A stretch of 64,000 nucleotides of DNA from a virus. Position numbers and translations under genes: made by a program. The stretch is from IMG/VR virus record IMGVR_UViG_3300045988_159685; one strand, 5' to 3'. This document shows positions 54,801-64,000 of this stretch, in pieces. Positions within the stretch are counted from its first letter, which is position 1. Every line of letters starts with the position of its first letter. The notes below the pieces were generated by a model. That model made no database searches and was not told the DNA's origin. It saw nothing but the letters and a program-made list of their open reading frames with translations.

Positions 54801-55470
54801 TGAAAAGAGTACATACCAAGAGCGACTTGATGCTTTGCGTGAATTTAAAGCCGATTATATTCAGCTATCAGATGACCTGGCACAATATGAGGGCACCTCT
54901 ATAAAGAAAGCTTTGTCTGGTAGCGGCGTATATGCTGTCGAAAAAGATAACGCAATTCTTGGTGCATACACCACCAAAAAGGAAGCCGACAAAGCCATGT
55001 ATAAGTTTGCGGGGCAAATGATAAGTGAAAAGGTTTCAATGCTCGGTGGCTTGAGTAATATCAGTGTAACCAAGCTTGCGGAACTACAAAAGGAGATACG
55101 CTCAAAATTCAAGGTAAAGCAGTATGCGACGGGTGGAGTTAATAGCTACACGGGAACGGCTATGCTACACGGAACACCATATAAGTCTGAGGTAATCTTT
55201 AATTCTTCAGACGCCAAGAAACTCTATGACATTGTACACAATACTCGCAATGTTGCAAGCGTTGTTGGTAAGACTATAGGTGACAATCTTGTAAGTGGTA
55301 CGCAGGCGGCTGGATCAATGTTCACAACAAATGATACCACTAATGGTGATACCACAATTACATTTAGAATTGGCGAAATTCATACTACCGACGGCACAAC
55401 ATTCTTACAGCAAATGAATGACTATTTGAAGCAAGCAGACCGTGACCGCATGATAGGTAGAAACAGATAA
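51892..55470 (+). CDS. tape-measure-like protein, distal part; start codon uncertain
   Basis: 1192 aa. Hydrophobic GGIASLIFKDIGSMALKALPTLIVTGIGVAIDYFV, then a long coiled coil. Frame open from 51736. No SD before TTG 51892 or ATG 51964. Confidence 0.6.
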   Translation: MSLFTTEEAEQQLNDFIDKVKVGGMSVKDYFNNPVNSGKTILKGYVREVDEASMSVEGFTRYGKELTSQFDKMNTKGGIASLIFKDIGSMALKALPTLIVTGIGVAIDYFVNKAERAKEKADELSEELNNSLSSYNDSLSQVSGYEKEFNKLAKGVDNFGNNLSLTNDEYDRYKDLSNDIAKINPSLIKGYDDEGNAIINKNNAIRDTISLLKEQRKLDILKMLSEDNIEAVSDGLDAKISDTRKEMNSLATRFIKYPDNIKSAIENFDTIADGLGDNFSNEYSEILGAFDNYNKVGDKYKFKTYYENQDEVHNLVQKLLSYKTDNESLSKSLEQYQKELSDSYDQLQKALNNTDNVNLYKQIDSEMQSYTKTYDTYLQAYLTTLDGYDELTSGEQNILSSLVSNFELDVESNTKDFDEQYADEVQKINSFYANLKNGVDNHGVPLSVSLDILTNLDTTQTVSEYEKQMETALKNIANSDFAKNQGLSIDDIKVMLGFSFETNDNEIEDGLTNKIENIATRVVNRIPSLAGNQNGQAIIEGLLKNLTPDNIDTLMDTSLDKINSWQDVLDLLNAKTTFSLADYSEDVDNVQSKIAALASAYKEIQDGTFEVGSSGWELVKSYGEFLPYLDDTNGGFEELGKKIKEAMGIAPNDLIKQLSQLKGLSDADQKSVNNLIKVLYKMKDVSLSNLTSDGLLTAEKNQVQAIIDKINDKKDKEQEYLDTLQEEEDTLNDIIDKYQTAGDTAIDYIEKEISSLEDSRDDVESYYDDLIDKLKEENDERDRAIELQEKQDAVANAKKKKVAIYSEASSWHLETNSDEVEKAQQELDSLQNEIAIDNLEKEKEAAMQPYTDQIEAFEKYKQAWSDAMSAYTNNQNEMIAQQILGIDWQGKLHNQDIGILNKYQTDYSGYQTKLKDNVQKEKEIIQNRIDQYAKEADEWEKYLKQFDTFVSDLSDQDVKYFEELKLKTLNEKSTYQERLDALREFKADYIQLSDDLAQYEGTSIKKALSGSGVYAVEKDNAILGAYTTKKEADKAMYKFAGQMISEKVSMLGGLSNISVTKLAELQKEIRSKFKVKQYATGGVNSYTGTAMLHGTPYKSEVIFNSSDAKKLYDIVHNTRNVASVVGKTIGDNLVSGTQAAGSMFTTNDTTNGDTTITFRIGEIHTTDGTTFLQQMNDYLKQADRDRMIGRNR

Positions 55471-55478
55471 TACAAAAC

Positions 55479-55510
55479 GAGCCGTCAGACCTTGGCGGCT
55501 CTTATTTATT
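55479..55510 (+). terminator. terminator-like hairpin
   Basis: GAGCCG-11 nt-CGGCTC followed by TTATTTATT. Confidence 0.55.
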
Positions 55511-55529
55511 ATAAAGGGTGGTGAAATGA

Positions 55530-57470
55530 ATGATAATGACACCTACACTGGTTTTTCCAGATGACGAGGTCGTAAAAATAGATAAACACAAGGGCGAGGG
55601 CGGTGAATATGACCGTGCGCCACGTTTTAGCTACCAGTTTAATTGCACGGCGGGTTCTGCAATGCGTTGGGCGTTGTGTACCTATACAAACATAAGAACT
55701 GGGGAACAGAACTATTCTTATTTTCCTAAAGGCGGCGATATCAATACATTTTACAATGGTGATAAAGTTGATGTAAATGAGTTGGTTTTTAATGACATAG
55801 CAAAGAATGGTCACGATTATATGTATCAGTATACGCTGTTTCAAACAGACCCAACGACTATTGCCGACGACACACAGTATGGTGACGGTGTTGGATTGTA
55901 TGATATGTACTTCTGCCGTGGTAAAATCCAATCTTCGGGTACTACATCAAGTTTTATGATTAACAAGGAAATTGCAAATCTCAAGAGCGCGTACTATTAT
56001 GAGCGTTCCGACGGCTCAGTGTATTTAGTCGGCGGCGCCTATATCGAGATTGGAGAAGAAAGACGACTGATAGAAACCTACGATTATAAAACTGGTAACG
56101 TAAGATTAAAGTCTGGTTTTACAACAGCCCCCGCAAGAGGAACTGTGTTTAGGATTTTTACAAATTACTTTATGGATAAGCCGCATTATGTTAAATGCCG
56201 TGAAGATCCACAGTGCGATTTTACTGTATCAATCTCTTCTAAAACAGCAAATCCAATTGAGTGTAAGACAAGTTATATACATCCAAACCATGTCGGGCTA
56301 AAGTATTACAAGTATTACCTTTATCAACTTATGGGAACGACTGGCGCTATTCATGACGGCAAAATTCTTGAAACGTCGACATACAACTATGTAACTATCG
56401 AGCCAGGTATTGCTGATAAAATAGAGGGTAAATATATAATGATTGAAAGCTCGCCCTCGGAAAACATGGGGCATGTTTACAATGGAACAAGCGCATTAAT
56501 CGTATCATACGATATTGATACAGGTGTGGCTAGTCTTAATTATTCGGCTCGTGATTTGATAAAAGGTTCACGATATACTATTTACAATGGCAATGAACGA
56601 CTTATCGACGAGAGCGACGAGATATATGATTTTGAACTCAAATACTCATTTTATGCAAATTGCTTTGGAAGTTCTTTTAGGGCTGTAAGTGAAATCATGA
56701 CTCTCGATGATAAAATGTACAGATATACTCAACAGAAAGACTTCCCTGCTGAAAGTATAGACGGGATCGTTTCAGAATTTGATTTTAAAATCTTTGATAA
56801 TCACACAGCTATGCTGACGTGGAAAACTTCAAAATCACTCGGAGTGGCAAAAATCTTTAGACAAAATGTCAACGATGACGAATATGTTTTCATTGGAACT
56901 GCTACTGGCAATTCATTTTTTGATGTAACAGTGGGCAATCAGCAATCATATATTTATTATATTTGTTATGCAAACTATGAGGCATATATTACGCCAGAGG
57001 TGTCTACTGATTGGATTGGATGGTCGATTTACTCGCTAAAGACCGCTGGTGATTGTTATAATAAAAAGCTCTATTCAATTAATGAAACTTGGCATTTTAT
57101 TGCGGGCATTAACAACAATGATATAATATCAAATATTGGACTTACTGTTCATACGGGCACGGGCGTAAAACCTAAGACTACACGAACTGTAACAAACTAT
57201 GAAAGCGGCGAATTTACGGCAAATCACTTAACATTGGCATGCCCCGAGGACGAAATAGTTGATACAATTGATAGCGTTAAATCTTGGACAAAATTCATTA
57301 CAGGTAAAAATGATTTCATGCTAAAGTCCGATAAGGGTGATGTATGGATTGTGAATATTTCAGACAATCCGTCGAGATCGTATGATGAAAGCTCGGTGTA
57401 TGACTTAACTACAATTAAATATAATTGGGTTGAAGTTGAAGATATAAATGACGTTATAATAACAAGATAA
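55530..57470 (+). CDS. distal tail protein (Dit-like) candidate
   Basis: 646 aa directly after the tape measure; position. Confidence 0.5.
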   Translation: MIMTPTLVFPDDEVVKIDKHKGEGGEYDRAPRFSYQFNCTAGSAMRWALCTYTNIRTGEQNYSYFPKGGDINTFYNGDKVDVNELVFNDIAKNGHDYMYQYTLFQTDPTTIADDTQYGDGVGLYDMYFCRGKIQSSGTTSSFMINKEIANLKSAYYYERSDGSVYLVGGAYIEIGEERRLIETYDYKTGNVRLKSGFTTAPARGTVFRIFTNYFMDKPHYVKCREDPQCDFTVSISSKTANPIECKTSYIHPNHVGLKYYKYYLYQLMGTTGAIHDGKILETSTYNYVTIEPGIADKIEGKYIMIESSPSENMGHVYNGTSALIVSYDIDTGVASLNYSARDLIKGSRYTIYNGNERLIDESDEIYDFELKYSFYANCFGSSFRAVSEIMTLDDKMYRYTQQKDFPAESIDGIVSEFDFKIFDNHTAMLTWKTSKSLGVAKIFRQNVNDDEYVFIGTATGNSFFDVTVGNQQSYIYYICYANYEAYITPEVSTDWIGWSIYSLKTAGDCYNKKLYSINETWHFIAGINNNDIISNIGLTVHTGTGVKPKTTRTVTNYESGEFTANHLTLACPEDEIVDTIDSVKSWTKFITGKNDFMLKSDKGDVWIVNISDNPSRSYDESSVYDLTTIKYNWVEVEDINDVIITR

Positions 57471-57483
57471 GGAGGTTGATACG

Positions 57484-60400
57484 ATGGATTACTATAATAA
57501 AATAGATGAAGCGTATTTGACCGAATTACAGAATCCAATGCGTAAATTAAAATTCAAGGTAGAAATTCTATCACACTATGAGGGTGCGATTGGACAAATT
57601 ACAAACGACCTTTCCTCTGCCGAGGTTGGTTCAATATCAATTAATAAGGAGCAAGGCTGTCGCAGGTCTTGCTCTTTTACTATCATAGACCGCGATGAGA
57701 AGTATTTACCCCAGGTAGACAGTTGGTTTTGGTACAATAGAAAGTTTAAACTTTTTATAGGCGTAGTTGTTTCAAATGATATATATTGGTTTCCACAAGG
57801 CGTATTCATTACAAAATCGGCAACAGCGCATGGCAAAGCATTAGCAATCGAAGGTATTGATAAATATGGTTTTCTAAATGGCGAATTAAATGCAAGAATG
57901 TGTTTAGTAGAATATCAAGCTAGTGTTACAAATTCTAAAAAAGGAACAAAAATTGCCGACCTTATTCGAGATACTTTGATGTTAGATTTAGGCAATAACA
58001 TTCCGCTTGACCCCGTTGAACCTTTAATTGATCCAATCTTTTATGATGCAGAATTATATGACGATATCGTGGTTGACGAGGGCGGGTACCTTGGTGAAAT
58101 ATTCGATAAGTTAGCCGAAATGTATGGTGCTAATATCTATTACGATGTCAACGGCAGGCTTAGAATGGAAAGGGTATTTAACTATAATCTTCCCTCTTGG
58201 TATAGGCATCTATCGCCACAAAGTAATCTGGGTGAAGTCGATATAGCTGAAACCGACATTGATGTTCAATATAATTATGACGGTGTAAACATTGTGACAG
58301 TTACTACGGATAACACTAACGGCGAGATATATTCCTATACAGCAAAAAATGAAAACCCACAGTCCCCAGTTTGTATAACCTCGGTAGGATATAAGGGATT
58401 GGACGGCGGTACTTATTATATAAGTCTTGGCGATACAACGCTGGATAGTGGTGAAGAAAAATGTAGAATGCAAGCGGAGTATATACTGTTACAGAATACC
58501 TGTATGGGAACTTCGGTAAGTTTTAATTATCCAAGTCTCCCCCACCTTGACGTTGACAACACAATTGAACTTACAAACGAATATTACAAATTTAAAAAGC
58601 AACTTTTTCTTATTCAATCATTAACCATTCCTCTTAGCAATGGAGAGATGACTATTGAAGCCACTAATCTGCAATGGTTACCATTTGATACGGACTGTAT
58701 TTCGATTTACTGTGAAACTTTAAGCGATACAGTGGCAATATCTTATAACACGAATGGTGGCAAGGACAAAGATGGCAATACTATCACTTATAAAAGTATT
58801 AACCAAGCTCCTAATAAACAAATCGTTTTACAAGGTGGGGATATGTATAACGAGAATAAATTGTTCGCATGGACGGATAGTCAAGGCAATAAATACAATT
58901 ATGGCGACGTGTATACTATACCAAATAACAACACAACATTGACAGCTCAATGGATAGCAGGAAATGAAGTTACAGTTACCAATACATTGCCGACAGATAG
59001 TACGGTAGAATTTCAATCTATGTCACCGTCACGTTGTTTAATACGTTATGACGACAATGAAGTAGTTAGGCGTAATACAAACGCAATTTCAACATTTAAA
59101 AAGAATTATTCTTTGGGTACGCACGATACAACCATCGTGTCTGAGAGTGATGATTTAACCAACTTTGATAATGCTTTTGATAAAGGAACAACTACAAAGA
59201 TAGATTGTTCCAAAGTAAAAGCTACCTACCTCACTTCACCTATGGGAAACGGATTTGAGAATATAACAGACTTTGTTTTCCCTGCTAATCTTGCGAACAT
59301 TTCGACCAGTGAGGGTGTGTTGTCAGGCTGTAAAAAACTTGCCAATATTGCATTTCCTACAGTATATTGTGATATTTCAAGCCCCGAATCGTTTCTTGCT
59401 AATAGTACATTCGTCAATGGTTTGGAACTACCTTACACCTTGAATTTCGTACCAATGGTTTCAGTTGATGGGCAAACAGGTATCGAAGAAATAAAGCGAA
59501 ATGAGATACTAAAAGGAAGTCATGTTATTGGAAACTTAACTATCAAAGCGGCAACTACGAATAAATGTGTAGTGTATGTAAATAAAGAAACAACAAGTTT
59601 AGTCATTTATCCTGCGACAGTGCAGGGAAGATTTTATCTTATGGGCAAAGGTATTGACGGAGATTTATCTGGACTTCAAAGTATACAAATTGGGCGATCT
59701 ACTAACATTAACGATACCGATGGTTTCGCAAGTAATACATCGGCAAACATAAATCTGAGTTTGGACTTTCAATCGGGTAATTGTACTACCAAAATACCTA
59801 AAAACGCTTTTAATGGCTATAGTGGTAATACGATTAATGTTGTAATTTATGGTAATGTGACCGACAGCAATGGTATTACGCTTGAAAGCGGATCGTTCTG
59901 CAATATGCCTAATATGACAAAATTACCAATGACAAATAGTGCGAGCTTAAAAGTTGTACCTGAGAACTGCATGAATAACTTATCTTCTTTAATATCGGCG
60001 GCTACAGGTTATGTAGTTGACGTTGAGGGTTGTAATAATATGTCCAACCTGACAACTTTAAGAATTGAAAGTTCTTGTGAGAAGGTAAATGGGTTTAATA
60101 ATTGCCCAAAGCTTAAAAGTTTGTCATTTATGAGTGACGGAAAGGTAACTGAGATAGGTGGACTTAATGGTAATGCGATAACAACGTTTTATATTCCTAA
60201 TACTGCCATCTCTGTGTCCGGTGTAAATAATTGTCCGTCACTGACAACCGTTTCTATAGGTAAGTCATTGGAGAGTTTTACAGGCTTTAATAATTGTCCT
60301 CTGTTAAACACCTTTAATGTTAATAGTGCCAATACTCATTTTCGGGTAGTCAATAATTGTTTATATCAAGATAATAAGTTTTGCCGTGCTCCTGCATCCT

Positions 60401-60816
60401 CGTGGTACGGCAGTAATGTTGTTGTGGCAAATGGAACTACAGAAATAATGAGCAACGCATTTCAACAGAGTTCTATGACAAGTATTTCGTTTCCCGAAAG
60501 TTTGTTTACGATTAATCAAAATGCCATTAAGAGCACAAGTATAGATCAAGTTATTTTTCATAGCGAATATGATGAAAGTTTAGGAAAATATACCGATACG
60601 TCTATAAATGATTTAAGTGCATTTGACAATGTAACTGTTGGTATAATGTTTGGTTATGGCAACGGAATAACAGATGTAACAGATAGTAGGTGTTTACCTA
60701 TTGTTAAATATTGCATAGAGCATAATATCAAATTTGTTGATATGAACGAAACAAATACTAACGCTCGTGGAGCTATTGGAATAAGCGGTAATGCAGAATT
60801 GGACGGTGATAATTAA
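57484..60816 (+). CDS. tail-associated (Tal-like) protein fused to BspA-type leucine-rich repeats; receptor-binding candidate
   Basis: N-terminus resembles the prophage-tail / minor-structural N-region. C-half has repeats NNCPKLKSLSF, NNCPSLTTVSIGKSLESFTGFNNCPLLNTFNV, IMSNAFQQSSMTSISFPESLFTINQNAI. Confidence 0.6.
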   Translation: MDYYNKIDEAYLTELQNPMRKLKFKVEILSHYEGAIGQITNDLSSAEVGSISINKEQGCRRSCSFTIIDRDEKYLPQVDSWFWYNRKFKLFIGVVVSNDIYWFPQGVFITKSATAHGKALAIEGIDKYGFLNGELNARMCLVEYQASVTNSKKGTKIADLIRDTLMLDLGNNIPLDPVEPLIDPIFYDAELYDDIVVDEGGYLGEIFDKLAEMYGANIYYDVNGRLRMERVFNYNLPSWYRHLSPQSNLGEVDIAETDIDVQYNYDGVNIVTVTTDNTNGEIYSYTAKNENPQSPVCITSVGYKGLDGGTYYISLGDTTLDSGEEKCRMQAEYILLQNTCMGTSVSFNYPSLPHLDVDNTIELTNEYYKFKKQLFLIQSLTIPLSNGEMTIEATNLQWLPFDTDCISIYCETLSDTVAISYNTNGGKDKDGNTITYKSINQAPNKQIVLQGGDMYNENKLFAWTDSQGNKYNYGDVYTIPNNNTTLTAQWIAGNEVTVTNTLPTDSTVEFQSMSPSRCLIRYDDNEVVRRNTNAISTFKKNYSLGTHDTTIVSESDDLTNFDNAFDKGTTTKIDCSKVKATYLTSPMGNGFENITDFVFPANLANISTSEGVLSGCKKLANIAFPTVYCDISSPESFLANSTFVNGLELPYTLNFVPMVSVDGQTGIEEIKRNEILKGSHVIGNLTIKAATTNKCVVYVNKETTSLVIYPATVQGRFYLMGKGIDGDLSGLQSIQIGRSTNINDTDGFASNTSANINLSLDFQSGNCTTKIPKNAFNGYSGNTINVVIYGNVTDSNGITLESGSFCNMPNMTKLPMTNSASLKVVPENCMNNLSSLISAATGYVVDVEGCNNMSNLTTLRIESSCEKVNGFNNCPKLKSLSFMSDGKVTEIGGLNGNAITTFYIPNTAISVSGVNNCPSLTTVSIGKSLESFTGFNNCPLLNTFNVNSANTHFRVVNNCLYQDNKFCRAPASSWYGSNVVVANGTTEIMSNAFQQSSMTSISFPESLFTINQNAIKSTSIDQVIFHSEYDESLGKYTDTSINDLSAFDNVTVGIMFGYGNGITDVTDSRCLPIVKYCIEHNIKFVDMNETNTNARGAIGISGNAELDGDN

Positions 60817-61526
60817 TGATAAATACTTATACTTGTGCGCCAAATCAAACTTCATCAGAAACCGTGTTTTCAGACCTTAAAACATTTTTTGAAGACAAAT
60901 GGACATGGAGTAAAATTGAAACAAATTATCCTGATAGTGAGTCCACCGATTATAACACTTTGACATTTTGGATTGATGATACAACGTACTTTAGAATAAT
61001 GTTTGACCCTGCAAAGTCGCGCTACTGGGTTGGATGTGGTGAATATGACTCTACTAAAACGTCGCCATATGCTGATTATGTCAGCTTCGCCTATAACAAG
61101 TTTGATAGTGTCATGTTGTATACTACAAGTCGGGGAATGTTGATTTTGTTTAAAAGTGGAGATAATGACTATGTATTAGGTGGGGCTATTGCAAAAATGA
61201 GAAAACTATCTGACAATACAGAAATTACAGGTTTCTTTACCCCTACTTCAAATTCAGGACATCAAGGAAGTAAAATGGCAAGCTTATATAATATGTTTAG
61301 TCAAAGTTTGCACAATGGCGGTACGAACCTTGTACCACAAGTTGATTTTAATATACCATTGAATAGCACAGTTGAGGGGCAATACGCTGCTAAAACTGAC
61401 GGAATATTCTATGTTTATATGGGACAAGACAGTGTGTTTCCTGCTGACGGAACTGTTGTAAAATTCACAATGAATGGCGTTAATTATGTGGGTAACTGCA
61501 AAATGGTTTTAGCTGATTATTCGTAA
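60816..61526 (+). CDS. hypothetical tail/baseplate protein
   Basis: ORF track; TAATG overlap. Confidence 0.5.
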   Translation: MINTYTCAPNQTSSETVFSDLKTFFEDKWTWSKIETNYPDSESTDYNTLTFWIDDTTYFRIMFDPAKSRYWVGCGEYDSTKTSPYADYVSFAYNKFDSVMLYTTSRGMLILFKSGDNDYVLGGAIAKMRKLSDNTEITGFFTPTSNSGHQGSKMASLYNMFSQSLHNGGTNLVPQVDFNIPLNSTVEGQYAAKTDGIFYVYMGQDSVFPADGTVVKFTMNGVNYVGNCKMVLADYS

Positions 61527-61540
61527 AGGCGGTGTACAGA

Positions 61541-63061
61541 ATGTCTAAAATGAATAAGCTGATTAAGGAAAGTCAAGATAATAAAAAAACACTTGGTTAT
61601 ACCTATGGAACAGTTAAAAGCTACGACTCTACAAATTGTACAGCCATTGTTTCGCTATTAGAGTATAATGGTGCTGAAAAATCTTTTCTGAATAAATCAG
61701 GTGAGATTTTAAGCATGGGAGACAGTGTGTGGATCTATTTCCGTGGTGGTGGTATAAACGCTGGCTACATTGCTATTAGGAATGGCAAACCTATACCTCT
61801 AGGAAGTCAAAATTCTAGCGTAGGACGATTTGTTGAATACGTTGATAGTGGTGGTAGTAGACACATCTCAGAAAAGTTTAATTATTATGGCAGTTCTTAT
61901 TTTTATACTATAGCCCCTGATGGAACAGAACAGATTACTATTTATCTTGAAAATATTGCCCATGGCGATTACAACCATCTTGAAGGTCAAGCAAACCATT
62001 GTTACGAATATAGTTATGACAGCAATAATTATATTGATTTTTCAGAAATGAAAACTAACAGTATGTTACATATGTTACCCTATGCTCGTGGAAATAGCAG
62101 TTTAAATTCCTTAACAGGCTTTAATAATACTAGCGTTGGTGGATTTTCTAATCACGTCAGTGGTATGTGGAATACGTCTGAATATAGTGTGGCGGTTGAG
62201 TGTAGCGGTGCAAAAAATACTGTTTTCAATTCTCGTGATACATATGTTAATGGTATGAATAATATGCTAGAGGGTGTAGCTGATAGTATTGTAGTTGGTA
62301 CATTGAATACTGTTAAGGGTGATAAAACTAAAGACCAAATGGCAAAATGTAATGCCGTGTTTGGATATGATAACGAAATTATAAATTATGATGATTGTTT
62401 CGTTGCAGGTTCACATAATCGTGCCACAGCGGATAACCAAACTGTTATAGGTGTCAATGCAAGACAAACTTATAAAAGCTCGGAAAACGCTGATATACTA
62501 TTTAATATAGGAAATGGTTCTGCACTTGAAAATTCTGCAATGCAAGTAGATTTTTCTGGCAATGTTTATGCTGGCGGTGCGTACAAAACTATTGGTGCTG
62601 ACTATGCCGAATATTTTGAATGGCTTGACGGAAATGTTGATAATCAAGATAGGATCGGATTATTCGTTACGCTTGACGGTGATAAAATCAAGCTTGCAAA
62701 TAAAGACGATTATATCCTTGGTGTTATATCAGCCAACCCATCTATTGTTGGTAACTCTGCTGAATTAGATTGGCATGATAAATATAAAACAGATGTTTAT
62801 GGACGGTTGATTTATGATGAGTCACACAATCCTATAGTCAGTGAAAACTATAACGATACGCTTGAATATGTTCCTCGTGGGGCTCGAAAAGAGTATAGCA
62901 AAGTTGGCTTGTTAGGACAGTTAGTAGTTCAAGATGATGGAACGTGCGAGGTCAACGGATATTGTACGGCTAGTGTGAATGGCGTGGCAACCAAGTCAGA
63001 TAGTGGTTATAGGGTTATCAAACGTATTGATGAAACACATATAAAAATAATACTTAAATAG
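61541..63061 (+). CDS. tail fibre/spike protein with possible C-terminal autoproteolytic chaperone domain
   Basis: Beta-helix-like N/G-rich repeats. The GADYAEYFEW motif resembles intramolecular-chaperone (peptidase G2-type) junctions. Confidence 0.45.
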   Translation: MSKMNKLIKESQDNKKTLGYTYGTVKSYDSTNCTAIVSLLEYNGAEKSFLNKSGEILSMGDSVWIYFRGGGINAGYIAIRNGKPIPLGSQNSSVGRFVEYVDSGGSRHISEKFNYYGSSYFYTIAPDGTEQITIYLENIAHGDYNHLEGQANHCYEYSYDSNNYIDFSEMKTNSMLHMLPYARGNSSLNSLTGFNNTSVGGFSNHVSGMWNTSEYSVAVECSGAKNTVFNSRDTYVNGMNNMLEGVADSIVVGTLNTVKGDKTKDQMAKCNAVFGYDNEIINYDDCFVAGSHNRATADNQTVIGVNARQTYKSSENADILFNIGNGSALENSAMQVDFSGNVYAGGAYKTIGADYAEYFEWLDGNVDNQDRIGLFVTLDGDKIKLANKDDYILGVISANPSIVGNSAELDWHDKYKTDVYGRLIYDESHNPIVSENYNDTLEYVPRGARKEYSKVGLLGQLVVQDDGTCEVNGYCTASVNGVATKSDSGYRVIKRIDETHIKIILK

Positions 63062-63063
63062 AA

Positions 63064-63090
63064 AGAGGGCTAACAACCCTCTTTTATTAT
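63064..63090 (+). terminator. rho-independent terminator
   Basis: AGAGGG-7 nt-CCCTCT followed by TTTATTATT. Confidence 0.65.
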
Positions 63091-63103
63091 TGGAGGAAAA
63101 GTT

Positions 63104-63454
63104 ATGAAAGAGATCATTACTCAGATGATTACAGAGTATTTGCCTGTAATTTTAACAGCGGTTATGACGGCTATTGTCGGTTTTGTAAAATCGAAGTATA
63201 CAAAAATCGCAAATGACAGCATTAAGAAAGATGTGGCGGCTACAACGGTTAAGTACATAGAACAGATTTATAAAGACGTTCACGGCACAGAAAAGCTTGA
63301 AAAAGCTAAAGAAACCATGCTTGCCCTGCTTGAAGAAAAGGGCATTAAGATTTCCGATGTAGAGCTTGTTATCTTGCTTGAAAGTGCTGTTAAGGATATG
63401 AATTATAAATCACTCACAGATTTTATTGACGAGGTTAAGAATGGCGGTGAGTAA
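63104..63454 (+). CDS. holin candidate (single N-terminal TM, LL-H-like layout)
   Basis: MKEIITQMITEYLPVILTAVMTAIVGFV; position before the endolysin. Confidence 0.45.
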   Translation: MKEIITQMITEYLPVILTAVMTAIVGFVKSKYTKIANDSIKKDVAATTVKYIEQIYKDVHGTEKLEKAKETMLALLEEKGIKISDVELVILLESAVKDMNYKSLTDFIDEVKNGGE

Positions 63455-63868
63455 ATGAACACAGTTAAGGAAATTGCTACCTACTGTGGAAGTGTTACAA
63501 CCATTTTGGCACTGATAACAATTATTGTTAAACCAATCAGGAATAGATTTGTAGGGTGGATTTCAAAAACAAGTGATAAAGATAATCTAAATAAAAAAAT
63601 AGATAAGCTAACAGTATTAGTGGAAAGACAGGTAGAACAGAATCAAAGCATGGAAGCTGAGTTGCAAAAACAAAGTTTGGCTTTGCAAGCCACGCTGAGA
63701 AATTCTATTTTAGCGATTTATAATTCAAGAATGAAAGAAAATAGTATTTCACTGTACGAAAAAGAAAATCTCGCAAGACTATACGAAAGCTATTCGTCTA
63801 TTGGTGGCAATAGTTTTGTACATAACTGTGTGGACGAATTGAACAAACTGCCCGTAAAAGAAGATTAA
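63455..63868 (+). CDS. membrane protein of the lysis cassette (holin/antiholin candidate)
   Basis: N-terminal TM TYCGSVTTILALITIIV; coiled-coil C-terminus. Confidence 0.4.
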   Translation: MNTVKEIATYCGSVTTILALITIIVKPIRNRFVGWISKTSDKDNLNKKIDKLTVLVERQVEQNQSMEAELQKQSLALQATLRNSILAIYNSRMKENSISLYEKENLARLYESYSSIGGNSFVHNCVDELNKLPVKED

Positions 63869-63887
63869 TTGGAAAGGAAGTATACAT

Positions 63888-64000
63888 ATGGCAACAACAA
63901 TAAAAGGTATAGATGTTTCTCATTGGCAGGGTGCTAATGTAGATTTTAACAAAGTAAAAAAGGCAGGATATGACTTTGTTATGATAAACGCGGGCTACGG
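63888..64000 (+). CDS. GH25 muramidase endolysin, N-terminal fragment (continues beyond the window)
   Basis: Own translation MATTIKGIDVSHWQGANVDFNKVKKAGYDFVMINAGY; SD GGAAAGGAAG. Confidence 0.8.
   Translation, partial: MATTIKGIDVSHWQGANVDFNKVKKAGYDFVMINAGY

Noticed and set aside
55530-63061. Diversity-generating retroelement acting on the tail fibre genes.
   Set aside because: There is no reverse transcriptase ORF. I saw no template/variable repeat pair in or near the fibre genes.
24685-64000. Stop-codon reassignment (TAG or TGA recoding), as seen in some gut phages carrying suppressor tRNAs.
   Set aside because: All large late genes are intact in the standard code. None of the tRNAs has a CUA, UCA or UUA anticodon.

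Overview
AT-rich tailed-phage or prophage genome segment with Firmicutes-style Shine-Dalgarno sites. I saw no host housekeeping genes. Layout: (i) 1-870 holds the 5' part of an IS200/IS605-family tnpB element that runs off the left edge. (ii) 873-23435 is all minus strand, with about 45 tightly packed accessory genes. These include a four-gene NAD+ salvage/reconstitution operon (nicotinamidase-like, Prs/Adps-like, Nampt/Namat-like, NadE), an HNH endonuclease, a Zn-peptidase, a tandem ParB-like protein and a KilA-N/ORF6N-like regulator with palindromic operators. The arm also carries an 8-member family of ~90-aa paralogues, two large paralogues, 7 tRNAs (Glu-CUC x3, Lys-UUU x2, Gln-UUG, Leu-UAA) and two tRNA-Glu-derived minihelices. 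(iii) 23451-24684 is a 1.2-kb non-coding divergent region. (iv) 24685-64000 is plus strand. It starts with a tyrosine integrase behind a perfect sigma-A-type promoter, then an AT-rich palindrome (ori-like) region and a 907-aa candidate YonO-like single-subunit two-barrel RNA polymerase. Next come a metallophosphoesterase, HU, and a tRNA-Met-like element with a second tyrosine recombinase, followed by a terminase-portal-capsid-tail-lysis module. The tape-measure function is encoded as two giant ORFs (1246 + 1192 aa). They are separated by a 2.6-kb cassette with two consensus host-type promoters and four small membrane proteins. The window ends inside a GH25 endolysin. I recognised no rRNA, CRISPR array, reverse transcriptase or DNA-replication enzymes. 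Non-ORF coordinates were read by eye and may be off by 1-2 nt.
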